Origin: Malacoraja senta
Taxonomy: Eukaryota
Direction: 5' to 3'
Assembly: GCA_038087875.1 (NCBI GenBank)
Contig: CM075990.1
Coordinates: 14,882,001-14,942,000, forward strand
Length of the DNA: 60,000 bases
Shown here: one piece after another, positions 12,459 to 24,625 of the stretch
Layout: each line of letters starts with the position of its first letter
Position numbering within the stretch: the first letter of the stretch is position 1
Program-made: the position numbers and the translations under genes
Notes under the pieces: generated by a model
The model's database searches: none
Told to the model about the DNA's origin: nothing
What the model saw: the letters and a program-made list of their open reading frames with translations, nothing else

Positions 12459-13053
12459 TAAACATTTGGTGGTTGGACATTCAAAATTATATATTTTTCA
12501 ATGTAATCAAAAGATTATGACTACTGTGATTATCCATTTTAATTGATAGTTTATTTTTTTAAATGAACACAAATTGAGTGCACAATTAATCATTCTTTTC
12601 ATAGTCACCTCCACCTCAATCAATCTAAGCATTCAAGTTTAAGCATGCTATTTCCTTTACAATTTATTTTCTGTAATTTATATTTGACTGTGGATCTATT
12701 AACACATTCTTTCTGATTTTTATGACCAGAATAATTGATTATTAAATGGTTCATTAAAAACTGCTTTTACCACAACACGTGAAATCAGCAATGATTAGTT
12801 TTGTCTCAATGTCATTATAATATACATTGTCTTCAATGTGATGTCGACAAAGAGGTATACTTTGAGGTACCGAAGAATACATTGAAAGTAAATATATGAG
12901 TGAGGGCAGTGTAGATGGGGCATCTTGGTTGGCACAAGCAAGTTGGGCTGAAGGTCCTGTTTCCCTGCATTGTGACTATTGATCTTTCCGTGATGTTTGG
13001 TACTGAAACTAATTCTAAAAATGCAATGCAGTGGTTTGACTCGTTAATTTTCT

Positions 13054-13278
13054 AGTGTTGGAAGGAACTGCAGATGCTCGTTTACACCGAAGATAGACAC
13101 AAAATGTGAGAATATCTCAGCGTGACAGGCAGCATCTCTGGAGAGAAAGAATGGGTGACGTTTTGGGTCAAGATGTAGTCAGAGGGAGGACCTTGACCCA
13201 AAACGTCACCCATTCCTTCTCTCCTGAGATGCTGCCTGTCCCGCTGAGTTACTTTAGCATTTTGTGTCTATCTTTAGC
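13054..13278. mobile_element. Palindromic Penelope mini-element
   Basis: Inverted arms. TSD TTAATTTTCT (13044-13053, 13279-13288). Confidence 0.85.
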
Positions 13279-13460
13279 TTAATTTTCTGTTTGAACAAAC
13301 AGGGAGAGCTTGTGGAATATTTTGTAGTAGTTGTGCTGGAGATGGAATATTGAAACATTTTTACTTGGGTCAACATTCCTGAACGAGTTGTAGCATTAGT
13401 CACACCACCGGCAAGTAAGATCTAAGCTGCTCATTAATTTGCTATGTATAGCTGACATCT

Positions 13461-13855
13461 TAGTTAGTTAGTTTAGTTTATTGTCACGTGTACCGAGGTA
13501 CAGTGAAAAGCTTTTGTTGCGTGCTAACCAGTCAGCAGAAAGACAATACATGATTACAATCGAGCCATTTACAGTGTATAGATACATCATATGGGAATAA
13601 CGTTTAGTGCAAGGTAAAGCCAGCAAAGTCCAATCAAGGATAGTTTGAGGGTCATCAAAGAGGTAGATTGTACTTCTTCAGCACTGCTCTGTGGTTGTGG
13701 TAGGTTGATCTAGTTGCCTGATATCTGCTGGGAAGAAACTGTCCCTCAATCTGGTGGTGTGCATTTACACACTTCTATACCTTTTGTCTGATGGGAGAGG
13801 GGGGGAAGATGGAGTGGCCAGGGTGCGACATCCTTGATTATGCTGCTGGCTTTGC
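13461..13855 (-). mobile_element. Rex1/Babar LINE 3' end
   Basis: Minus strand encodes PLPSDKRYRSV, similar to the Rex1 LPSGKRYRS motif. Ends in a (CTAA/CTAAA)n tail. Confidence 0.75.
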
Positions 13856-14406
13856 ACTTTCAATTTGGAAGCTGGGTTTCTTTTCTGCGATGGTTGTGCC
13901 ATAAAAATGCAAGATGTCGGAATGGAAATCGGCCATTTGGCCCCTTGTGCTGGCTTGGTCATCCTCCAAGAGGCCAAAATGCCCATTCTGCTTATGGTTG
14001 TTGGTTGCTGCTTCTCATTGTTCACTGTTTCTTTATAACATGTTAATTGGTGGAGATAGTCTTATCATCCTGTAATCATGTTTAACCACCTACCCAGCCA
14101 GCGACCTCCTGGATCCCTCTACATTCAGCTCTGTCATTGACTAAGATCACAGCTGATCTTTTATCTCCGAGCATCTCTCCTGCACTAACTTGCTTTCAAT
14201 TTACCGCTTGATCCCATAAAATTATTAATCTCTGAATATGCCTCGTGACAGTCTTGCATCGAGAATTCAAATTATTGAATCTGTTTTTCCTTTGTATGAC
14301 ATAAAATTCGGAATTGCAACTTGAAACGTATTACTACAATTAAAGGAGAGAAGTAAATTAAAGGACAGATCTCATAACACTGTTCTTTGGGGAAGAGGGG
14401 AGATCT

Positions 14407-14525
14407 TTCCCCCCCCACCCTCCCCCCACCATCCTCCATCTCCCCTCCCCCCCATCTTCCCCCCCCCCACTCATCTTCCCCCCTGTCTCCTCCTCCTCCC
14501 CCCCCCAATCTCCCACCACACCACC
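14407..14525. repeat. C-rich low-complexity tract (G-quadruplex potential on minus strand)
   Basis: Multiple runs of 5-9 C separated by short spacers. Confidence 0.8.
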
Positions 14526-14789
14526 TCTTTGCACTTGTTGCATTTATTGTTATATTTATCATTACTATTTGTATGCTGTTTATTTTGCAAACTTTATGTG
14601 AACAAGGATTTCATTGCACCATGGTGTGCCTGACAATAAACTAATCAAATTTAAAGGTAATTGAAGTTGGAATTGCTATGATGTTGATTCTACTGTGGAG
14701 GTGACAAAGATTGGACAGTTTTTTTACCCATTCTGCAGATTAGCTTCCCTTTAGTTAAATGCATGTTGGAGATGAGGTGAAGCTGAAAA

Positions 14790-15212
14790 GAGAGGTTGGA
14801 CAAACTTGGATTGTTTCTTGAAGCATCAGGGGCTGATGGGAAACCTGACATAAGTATAAACAATTAAGAGAGGCATAGATAGGGTAGACAATCAGTACCT
14901 TTCTCCCAGGGTGGAAATGTCAGGGGACATGAGGGCACAGCTTTAAGGTGAGAGGGACAAAGTTTAAGGAGATGTGCCGGGAAAATTGTTTCATGCAGAG
15001 TTGTTGGTGACTGGAAAGTGCTGTCGGGGGTGTTGGTGGAGGCAGGTATGAGAGTGACATTCGAGTGCCCTTTATATATGCGCATGGATATGCAGGGAAC
15101 AGAGGGATATGGATCACATGCATGCAGATGAGATTAGTTTTACTTGGCGTTATGTCTGACATGGACATTGTGGATTGAAGGGTTTGTTCTTGTTCTGTTC
15201 CATGTTCTAATG
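14790..15212 (+). mobile_element. Degenerate CR1 LINE 3' end
   Basis: AAACTTGGATTGTTT...GGGCACAGCTTTAAGGTGAGAGGG followed by a CR1-type tail. Confidence 0.7.
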
Positions 15213-15673
15213 CTACGTGGCAGCAACCAAGTGGGATTTTTCCACATGCTGAATCAGCCTCCGTTGGGTGGGAAGCATGCCCTGGGACCCATCCACTGAC
15301 CACAAAGCCCCAGAGTGCAGTGGCCTGATGTTTTCCACATTCTCTGAAGGAAGACCGGAGTGGGCCTGTCCTCGACCGTCAAAGCTCAACCAGCGTTGTA
15401 CTGTTCTCTGCAAAATAGGGGTACACTTGACATGTAATGATCAAACCCAACATAAAACCTTAAATTAGATTTGGCACAATTTATTCATAATGAGAGTTAA
15501 GGAGTTATAGAGTAATACAGCATGGAAACAGGCCCTTCGCCCCGCCTTGATGCAGACCCAGATGGCAAATTGAGCTAGGCCCAATTGTCCGCATTTGGCC
15601 TCTACACCGTGAAACCTTTCCTTTCTCTATTTGTCCAAATCACTGGATCCATCCAAATGCACGGATAGGACAG

Positions 15674-16010
15674 TGTAGGACCCATTTATGTTTAGGTTAG
15701 CTACTGTTGACATATATTATTTTGTTTAGATATATCTTGCAGTATTATTTTGGACACTTGGGGGCGGTCATTAGATGCACGGGGTGATGTATATATAAGG
15801 GCATAGGGCACAGGAAGTGGCAGGCACAGGGAGGGAGAGCATACAGACCAGGGACAGAGCAACCAGCTACAACTTGCATGCAGAATAGGGAAAGCCTGGT
15901 GCGTTCATCGCTTTGTATGTACAACTACTTCTATAAACAACCAATTAAACTGGAAATAACGACTGGAAGATCTGTTCTCGTAGGTCTGCATAAGATCACT
16001 CCTACTTACA
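15674..16010 (+). mobile_element. Possible solo LTR
   Basis: Starts TGTAGGA and ends TCCTACTTACA, with an internal TATATAA and ATTAAA. No clear TSD. Confidence 0.3.
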
Positions 16011-16677
16011 AGTGTGGTAATGACAACTGGAAAAGAGACACTGGAAAGGTTGGAAATTTGCCATTACAGACAGGTTTAGTGGGATATGGGCCAAACGCAG
16101 GAAGGTGGGACTAGTGCAGATGGGACATATTGGTTGGTGTAGGCAAGTTGGGCTGAAGGGCCTGTTTCCACGCTATAAGCCACGATGACTCTATAACTGT
16201 TAATTTTGTAGATGGTGGGTCTTCAAACCTCCGCTATTTATTGGGTAACAATTGATTTGTTTCATTGTTTGCTTGCCTGTTTGCAATTTTTAATAATTTC
16301 AATTTAAACAGAGAGTATAACCTGTTTGGGAATTTATAAAGCCTTCTGTGAACAAATAAAGGCTGATTTACAGCTTCTACTCACTAGAACTTAGCAGCAC
16401 ATAAACTTGCGGTTAAGCTAAATGTTATAAAATTGAATCACTCTAAGGGCCTTGTATAAAATGCTATTAATTATGTTTCTCATGGCGATGAATTATGTTT
16501 CTAATAAGTAAAGACTTTTAAAAGGCTGACAGTGACAGAGATGCTTCATTAAAATGCACCAAATAATGTGATGCAAAAACAATAGATTAATAGATTAATG
16601 TTGAAACACCCAGGCGGCTTCAATTGAGGAGAACTGGGAAATGGTGCTCTGTATCAAGAGATCATGAATGTGAGTAC

Positions 16678-16864
16678 AGTAACAAAAAGCTGGAGTAACT
16701 CAACGGGTCAGGCCAGCATCTCTGGAGAAAAGGAATAGGTGACGTTTCAAAAGAACGGTCTCAACCCGAAACGTCACCTATTCCTTTTCTCCAAGAGATG
16801 CTGCCTGACCCGCTGAGTTACTCAAGTCTTTGGTTGAAACCAACATCTGCAGTTCCTCCCTACA
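16678..16864. mobile_element. Palindromic Penelope mini-element
   Basis: 15-bp TSD CATGAAT(G/A)TGAGTAC (16663-16677, 16865-16879). Confidence 0.85.
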
Positions 16865-16992
16865 CATGAATATGAGTACTGTTCTTTCACTATGTTTGAT
16901 GTGGCCTATTTTCATTCTTCCACTTCCCTTCCAAAAGTTAGAACAAAGAACATAGAAGAGTTCTAAACAGGAATTAGACCTGCATGATGCAT

Positions 16993-17127
16993 GACCCTTC
17001 TTCAGGCATCGGTCTCGACCCGAAACATCACCCATTCCTTCTCTCCAGAGATGCTGCCTGTCCCGCTGAGTTACTCCAGCTTTTTGTGTCTATCTTTAAA
17101 CCAGCATCTGCAGTTCCTTCCTACACA
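16993..17127 (+). mobile_element. Penelope terminal-repeat mini-element
   Basis: GGTCTCGACCCGAAACATCACC...CAGCATCTGCAGTTCCTTCCTACAC. Confidence 0.8.
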
Positions 17128-18325
17128 TTTGTGTTGCTGATGGTTGCAGTACCTATGTTTTTACTTCAGGTCTTGACCTAGTGACTCTTCTGTAAACAAC
17201 ATTTACTAGTTTCTCACCATTTAAAGGGCATTGAGTTTGATTCAAAGGGCAGTGCCTCGTATTTGATTATCTTTTGTATTGCTTGACAGAACTCGTGTAT
17301 TCTTCTTTCATCCACTTTACCTTCTAGCTTCATATTATCTCTGGATATGAGTGTTTCAATGAAAAGTACCTTACCAAAGTCACTGACAATGGTTTGATGC
17401 AACTTGTGTTCAGTTCTGATCTCTGATGGGATCTGTGTGGACTGTGTGTGTTCTCCTGGTGACTACACTGGCTTCCTCTGGTTTCCTCCCACTTTCCAAA
17501 GATCACCCGGTTGGTTGGCTATCGGGCTATCTTCACCCCCAGTGAAGACGGATGAATGAAGAATCAGTGTGAAATTCATTGACTTGTGAAGGAATAGGTT
17601 ATAGGAAAATAAATGGGAGAATGGGAATGCTCTGAGATATGGCCATGACTTGATGAGCCGAATGACCTTCTCAAATGTCATGAGAAATTGTGAGAATAAT
17701 TCAGAATATAATGACCATGGGATAAGCCGTTATTCTGACCATGATTAATGCTTCCAGTTGGCTACAATTTCTTCTTTTACATGTCAATTGTGCGTTCTTG
17801 TAGAATTTATGTGGAGACCTGTGATTCATTGTATTCCAAGACCTTTCAACATTGTGCAGTCAACTGCACCTGAGGTTGCGGTGGATGTTTCACGTTTATT
17901 GTATATTGGTGAGAGGACTTCTATTCCTGTAGTCTGACATCTCTAGTACATCGATGGAATGAAATCCATATCAATGAATATTGTAATACTGTTGCTGGTG
18001 ACCTTGAGGATCATTGGTCTCGACAGGGCATGTCAGTCAATGTGATGGTTCTGTACAAGTCCTCACATCTTCCAAAGCTCTAGGCTTTATAAGTTCAAGC
18101 TTCACCAAAAGCTTAAGGGTGGAAACAAGATTGACTTTTTTGTGCAGGACATCAATCTGGGCGAGTGAGTCAAGAGTACGGGTGACTACTTTGGCATCTG
18201 TACAATAACGATCCCTATTGCAGCATTGATGGGTTGGAGTGAACCAACAGGATTCACAGCAATAGTCAATATTTCTTCCCATCACTTTCATCTCCACATG
18301 TAGAAAGTGATTGAGGGTTTACAAT

Positions 18326-18346
18326 GTATGTGTGTGTGTGTATACA
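18326..18346. repeat. (TG)n microsatellite
   Basis: TATGTGTGTGTGTGTATA. Confidence 0.8.
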
Positions 18347-19486
18347 TATAAATTTACACCCTCCCCCCCCCCAAATTACACGCATTGAAAGTGTAGATTT
18401 ATGCACTTAAATTAAAAACATTGCCTGCCGTATAAAAACGATGATCACACGTGATATCGAGCAGCCATGGTAAATGCACCATATTAAAGGACATCAATTT
18501 TTAGAGAGGAAAAAAAGTGAGAAGGCTAAAGAGATGAATGCCCTTGTGTTTTGGAACATTTGAATTAAGATGCAGATGGCTTCTGGAGTTTGTTTACTCT
18601 TCTTGGAAACAGGTTGAAGTTTGTTTTTGCATAAGTTCACAATGATACAAGATGTGTGAGTTTGTTACATTTGCCTTGTGCGATTATTCCCATGTGCAAA
18701 TGGTTGTCCACCCTGAATGTTGGCAGGCATTTCCTGTTTGTTTGGTTAGTTGGCAAATGAAAGCTGCTTCAGTTTTGTATGGTGTTCTGAATACATTCTT
18801 AAGAGGTGTAAAACTGCTTCAGCTTAATTAAGAATAATGAACTTCACTACTGCTTAGAGGAGCGAACAGTTAATTAACAACAAATGCTGCTATTTTAGAA
18901 AGATTTTTGGAATTACCCTAAAGAATTATAGTCTATGAATGGAGAAAAGGAGTTAATAAATGGAACTAATGAGATATTGCAAATTAAATGTAACACATGA
19001 CATGGAAACTGTAATCCAATATCAAAGTATGAATATTGTTGTATAGTTTATTTAGAACAGACTGGCTTAATGAAGCTTCTGTTCCATATAAACACAATTT
19101 AAATAATTAACATTTTAGCAGTGGAATTTCTATGTGAAGAATTACTTTTCAATCGTTCCTTTTGACATTCTATTTCGAATGCTCAAACATGACTATTCAT
19201 GTAAGTAACTTTAATCAATTAAATTGGGGGGGGGGGGGGGGTTCTCTCTCGTTCATTGTAATTTGAAACTACCTTTGACCTAAACTGTGGTCATGATGTG
19301 TGGACTTTCTTGATTTAATTCCTGTCCTTTTGATGCCATAAATCGAGCCAAAGGGAAATTGCACTTTCTATTAAGCTGACGGGTAAATCTAAAACTATGT
19401 GAGGTCTGGCTGTAAAGATTTTCCTGTCCTGTGCTGTACAAGGGCATTAGGCATGTGCCCCCTTGCTCCATGATGCGTTCTTTGCC

Positions 19487-19690
19487 ATAGAAGGCTGTAG
19501 AGGCCATCAGTGGATATTTTTAAGGCAGAGATAGATAGATTCTTGATTAGTATGGGTGTCAGAAGTTAGGAGAAGACAGGAGAATGGAGTTGGGAGAGAT
19601 AAATCAGCTATGATTGATTGGCAGAGTAGACCTGATGGGCCGAATGGCCTAATTCTACCCATGTCACTTATGACCGTATGACCTTATGAG
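19487..19690 (+). mobile_element. CR1/HER1 LINE 3' end
   Basis: AGAAGGCTGTAGAGGCC...GATGGGCCGAATGGCCTAATTCT with a (TATGACC)n tail. Confidence 0.8.
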
Positions 19691-19828
19691 TTCCCCTGAA
19701 ACTTTAGGTTTACGATTGTCGTTCAGTGAACTTCCTATTTCTCTATGTTTGGAGGTCTGCTGCTTTTCTGTGAAGTTTATGTCACTGTGTATGTGAAGGT
19801 GGTTGCCCACAGGAATAAATAAACAAAT

Positions 19829-20180
19829 GGCATAGAGTCATATATAGAGTGATACAGTGTGGAAACAGGCCCTTTGACCCAACTTGCCCATGCCGGCCAT
19901 CATGTCCCAGCTACACAAGTCTCATCTGGTCCATATCCCTCCAATCCATGTACCTGTCTAACTGTTTTTTAAACGTTGGGATAGTCCCTGCTTCAACTAA
20001 CTCCTCTGGCAGCTTGTTCTATGCACCCACCACCCTTTGTGTGAGTAAGTTACTCCTCGGATTCCTGTTAAATCTTTTTCCCCTTCACTTTAAACCTGTG
20101 TCTTCTGGTCCTCGATTCACCTGCTCTGGGCAAGAAACTCTGTGTGCATCTTCCTGATCTATTCTCCTCATGATATTCTA
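19829..20180 (-). mobile_element. CR1 LINE 3' end
   Basis: Reverse strand has CACAAAGGGTGGTGGGTGCATAGAACAAGCTGCCAGAGGAG (RVVGAWNKLPEE-like). Confidence 0.8.
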
Positions 20181-20580
20181 CACATATTCCACATTATCTT
20201 TGGCTGCAAGGAATGTTGTTAAATGGGTGACTATTGCTGGCAAAATGTGAACCATTTCTGTTGTCCCATATCATACATTGGACACCAATGTGGTTAGTTT
20301 AATATAATAAATTAAAATGACTGGCCTATCTTCCACCAAAGTACCAGTTCAGAACCAGTCTACATTTATGATAAAATAATACATCAGTTTGGTCTCCAGA
20401 AGCCATTTGAGTGGGTCTATGTACTTTTCTCTGAGGTACATATTATTATGATGGCTTTAAATATACTCAATGGTTCATCAGCAAGGTTTAAGCCTCGTTC
20501 TATTAATGTTTGAACATTATTGATTTAGTACAATAGTAACAGACAATGCGATTTCACTGGTTTATATTGAATATTGCAAT

Positions 20581-20783
20581 TCTTCTTGTGTATGGCGTGC
20601 GCAGCCTAAAGTTGTAGATCAAGGGTAGACATCCAGGCCAGGACAGCATCAGTTACTGGGTGGATGGCTTTGATGCCACCAGGGAAAAGCCTCAGTGGGC
20701 GGTCATTCACGATGTGTTGGGTGGTCTGGCCTGGATGTCCGCAGTCGCAAGCAGGGCTGTCTGTCATCCCCCACTTCTGCAGG
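20581..20783 (-). mobile_element. Vingi/Ingi-type LINE 3' end
   Basis: Minus strand translates LQKWGMTDSPACDCGHPGQTTQHIVNDRPLRLFPGGIKAIHPVTDAVLAWMSTLDLQL* (zinc knuckle with the last Cys lost). Ends CCATACACAAGAAGA. Perfect 13-bp TSD TGAATATTGCAAT (20568-20580, 20784-20796). Confidence 0.85.
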
Positions 20784-22792
20784 TGAATATTGCAATCAAA
20801 CCCAGCATATTAAAATATTAACAATGGGACATTTGCTCTGTGTCAGAGACAGATTAACTATCTCAACAAATCAGTTGCCTTGTAGGTTGCAAGCTACAAA
20901 TAGGCGCTGGCAAATAGCATATTATATCAGAGTGAGGCCTATTTGACATTGAAAGGGAAAAAAATAAGTCACAGTTGCATAGCACCAATCACATTCTCCA
21001 GTCTTCTCAAACAGTTCCATCATTAGACACCTACAAAATGTCATCCCTGTAAGCTCATGCAGCAGCCAATTTGTGGGATACAAACAGCAATGAAATAAAT
21101 GAGCAAGTCCATCTCTTTCAGTTGAGGTTGCTCAGGCTTAAATGTTAGGTAGGATAACAGGATAATTCTACTTTTCTTTGAACTATGCCTTGAGGTTGTT
21201 TTGAAACTTTCATCACAGTGATAGTGCGGGAAGAATACGCGTTGAGAGATGAGCTGCAAGATTTTTGTTTCTTAGCATCAAAGGGTTGAGTTACAGGAAC
21301 ACCTGGGATCGTACAGGTAGATGATTGAGAAGCAATCTTCTTGCGGTAAACAAGATAATGATTGATATGGAAAAAGTTTAATCAGCCGCACTAATACAAA
21401 TTAAACCATTGGAACAAGGAACTCAACCGAAAATCAGCAAATTGAAAAGCCTCAATATCAGATTTTCCCAAGAGAATTAACAGCAGGGTGCTGGAAGCTG
21501 AGAGCTTGAAATCTATTACATTTATCTGTCCTTGCAATATGCAAAGCCATTCGGCCTATGAAGTCTGTGCTAGTTCTCAAAACATTCTTATCTGTCCCAT
21601 TCCTCCCACATATTTCTCTGTGATGCATTCTCTCTCCTTTGTCCATCAACCCCATCTGATTTTCTAGCCACCTACCCATGCAAGGGTCAACGTACAATGA
21701 CCAACAAATGTACCCATGGGCTGTGAAGGAATCGAAAGAGCGCTCTGGTTGAATCCATGTAATCATATTGAAATTCCAGTTCAGGATCGCTGGGACTGAG
21801 AGGTGTTGCGTCACTGTGGAGTGTGCTCACTCCTCCACCCTCCCCCACCCCACTAGAAAGTTGTGTTACTGAATTCAGTAATGCAATGAGGAAAGTGACT
21901 GTATAAAATAGTCAATCGTTGTACAGCCCCAGGGCGACTTCACTCTCTTTCTCACGCAAACAGTGCAATGTTTTGGTATAACCTGTAAATCTCCAAAAAG
22001 CTTTTCCCAATTAATCCCAATCCCGAACTCTGATCCTTAACACTTGAATTTTCTTCTTAATGAATGTTTATCCAATTCTCTGCTTAATTTGCTGGAATCA
22101 TCATTTCAGGCAGAGAATTCCACAGCAGAGTGGCCCTCCTTTGTAAAATAAACTTGCCTAGTATCTTCTAAATCTAGAAGATTACAGATTACTAACCCTT
22201 CAGTAAATGAAGGATTCCTCCCATTTACTCTATCAAAGCAATTTGTAAACCATTAACTTTCAACAAATCAACCCTTAAGCCTCTCTGCTTTAAGGCTTTG
22301 GTTCTATCCATGACTCTGACCAGTATCTGGTGGAATCAAAAAGTCCAAAGCATTCCACGATGCTTTCTTAGGGTAGCTAAACATGCAGTTGATACAGTTC
22401 TGCTCAGGGCAGCTGCATAACATTGGAAAGGAAACATGCAATAACACCCAACCAGACACACATGCGCTGGCACCACTTGGATAAGGAGTCAAAGCCATGA
22501 TATAGGCCCTTCGGCAAATTTCATCCATGTCGACGAAGATGCCCATGGATGCTAGTCCCATTTGCCCACGTTCGAACCATATTCTCTTTACCCACACTAT
22601 TAATTGACCTGTCCAAATGACTTCTAAACACTGTTATTGTATTTGTCTCATCAACCTCATTTATCAGATCATTCTGTATTCGCACTAGTGGCTGAATGAA
22701 TGAAGAAGAATTGCACAGCTATTGTCTTTTGTTAAAGTTGGGAAATATGGCTAAGGAGAATGATGAACGATGAAGGAAATAATTGAGATATA

Positions 22793-22944
22793 CAGAGCAT
22801 TCAGAAAGTATTCAGACCCCTTCACTTTTCCACATTTTGTTACGTTACAGCCTTATTCTGAAATGGATTAAATTCATTTTTTTAAATCATCAATCTACAC
22901 ACAATACCACATAATAAAAAAAGCAAAAACAGGTGTTTAGAAAA
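22793..22944 (+). mobile_element. Tc1/mariner transposon terminal fragment
   Basis: TA followed by CAGAGCATTCAGAAAGTATTCAGACCCCTT..., resembling teleost Tc1-like termini (recall). Confidence 0.75.
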
Positions 22945-23235
22945 CGTTACCTATTCCTTCTCTCCAGAGATGCTGTCTGTCCCGTTAAGTTACTCCAAAG
23001 TTTAATGTGGATTAAGCTACGCAAAAACTCACCTCTGTGAATAGCACTACAAATCCAGTACAAAATATGAATGGAAATAAAGAATATTGGTTCAATGACA
23101 TTTGGTTTGGGACCTTGAAGAAAGATCCATTCTCTCCCCATAGTTCTACATTGGAGTATACAGCTTAGATAGATACAAAAAGCTGGAGCAACTCAGCGGG
23201 ACAGGCAGCATCTCTGGAAAAAAGGAATAGGTACT

Positions 23236-23860
23236 TTAAGTATAAGAGCAGGGAGGTTCTACTGCAGTTATACAGGGTCGGGTCTTGGTGAGGCCACACC
23301 TGGATTATTGCGTACAGTTTTGGTCACCAAATCTGAGGATAGACATTCTTGCCATAGAGGGAGTACTGAGAAGGTTCACCAGACTGATTCCTGGGATGGC
23401 AGGACTTTCATATGAAGAAAGATTGGATAGACTCGGCTTGTACTCGCTAGAATTTAGAAGATTGAGGGGGGATCTTATAGAAACTTACAAGATTCTTAAG
23501 GGGTTGGACAGGCTAGATGCAGGAAGATTGTTCCCGATGTTGGGGAAGTCCAGAACAAGGGGTCACAGTTTAAGGATAAGGGGGAAGTCTTTTAGGACCG
23601 AGATGGGAAAATCATTTTTCACACAGAGAGTGGTGAATCTGTGGAATTCTCTGCCACAGAAGGTAGTTGAGGCCAGTTCATTGGCTATATTTAAGAGGGA
23701 GTTAGATGTGGCCCTTGTGGCTAAAGGGATCAGGGGGTATGGAGAGAAGGCAGGTACAGGATACTGAGTTGGATGATCAGCCATGATCATATTGAATGGC
23801 GGTGCAGGCTCGAAGGGCCGAATGGCCTACTCCTGCACCTATTTTCTATGTTTCTATGTT
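23236..23860 (+). mobile_element. Young CR1/HER1 LINE 3' end
   Basis: Open ORF 23285-23767 (VRPHLDYCVQFWSP...RVVNLWNSLPQ) and (TTCTATGT)n tail. Near-identical to about 47672-48296. Confidence 0.95.
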
Positions 23861-23861
23861 T

Positions 23862-23977
23862 CCCTCGAGCATGAAGGAGAGTTCCAGTGACCTCATCGGA
23901 CCTCCTAGGCCCACGTGTCAACCATGCTGCGAGTTTGAGTCGAGGGCAGATTAGGTCGCCGCAGTGGGACAGCCCCT
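23862..23977. mobile_element. Harbinger-type MITE remnant (one end)
   Basis: Ends GTGGGACAGCCCCT followed by TAA. CATGCTGCGAGTTTGAGTCGAGGGCA is a near reverse complement of about 56399-56424. Confidence 0.75.
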
Positions 23978-24214
23978 TAAACCTCATAAACAGCAGCTCA
24001 ACAAATATCCAGCCAATCGCTCTTCAAACTTCCCTGAGGACCAAACAGTTGTCAATAGGTGTGAGAATTGTTTTGGAGATCTTTGAATCATACTGTGTGA
24101 TATTTTATTCTCGCCTGTGCAGACAACTGGTGACTAGGTTTCATGTCAACAGCCCAGATATTTGCCCACTGTGGGTAGCACTAAACATTTTATATAGTAA
24201 AGGCAAAGCACTGT

Positions 24215-24625
24215 AAATGCTGGTTTACAAAGATGAATCAAAGTGCTGGAGTAACTCAATGGGCCAGGCAGTATCTCTGAAGATTTACTCCAGCACTTTG
24301 TGCCGCTAAATTACTTCAGCACTTTGTCTTATTTTGTACTCCAGAGATGCTGCCTGAACTACTGAGTTACTCCTGCACTTTGTATCTTATTTTGTAAACT
24401 AGCATCCGCAGTTCCTTTTATTGAAATTGTACAGCTCCACTGCCAAATCTCTTCAAAATATGCCTGCTTTGAAGAATTTCTCCTGCTCTCTTTGACAGTC
24501 CTGACCAAAACTATCGTCTACTCATACTGATCAGCCTGAAGAAGTGTCTTGACCTGAAACATCATATATCCATGTTCTCCAGAGATGCTGTCTGACCCAC
24601 CGAGTTACTCCAGCACTTTGTGGCC
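24215..24625. mobile_element. Cluster of degenerate Penelope terminal-repeat pieces
   Basis: GTGCTGGAGTAACTCA / GAGTTACTCCAGCAC motifs in both orientations, and CTGAAGAAG near 24536. Confidence 0.7.

Noticed and set aside
14272..14644. Gly- or Pro-rich ORFs
   Set aside because: Translation of a low-complexity C tract.
18037..18297. Cys-rich 86-aa ORF
   Set aside because: No recognisable domain or splice context, and the length is expected by chance.
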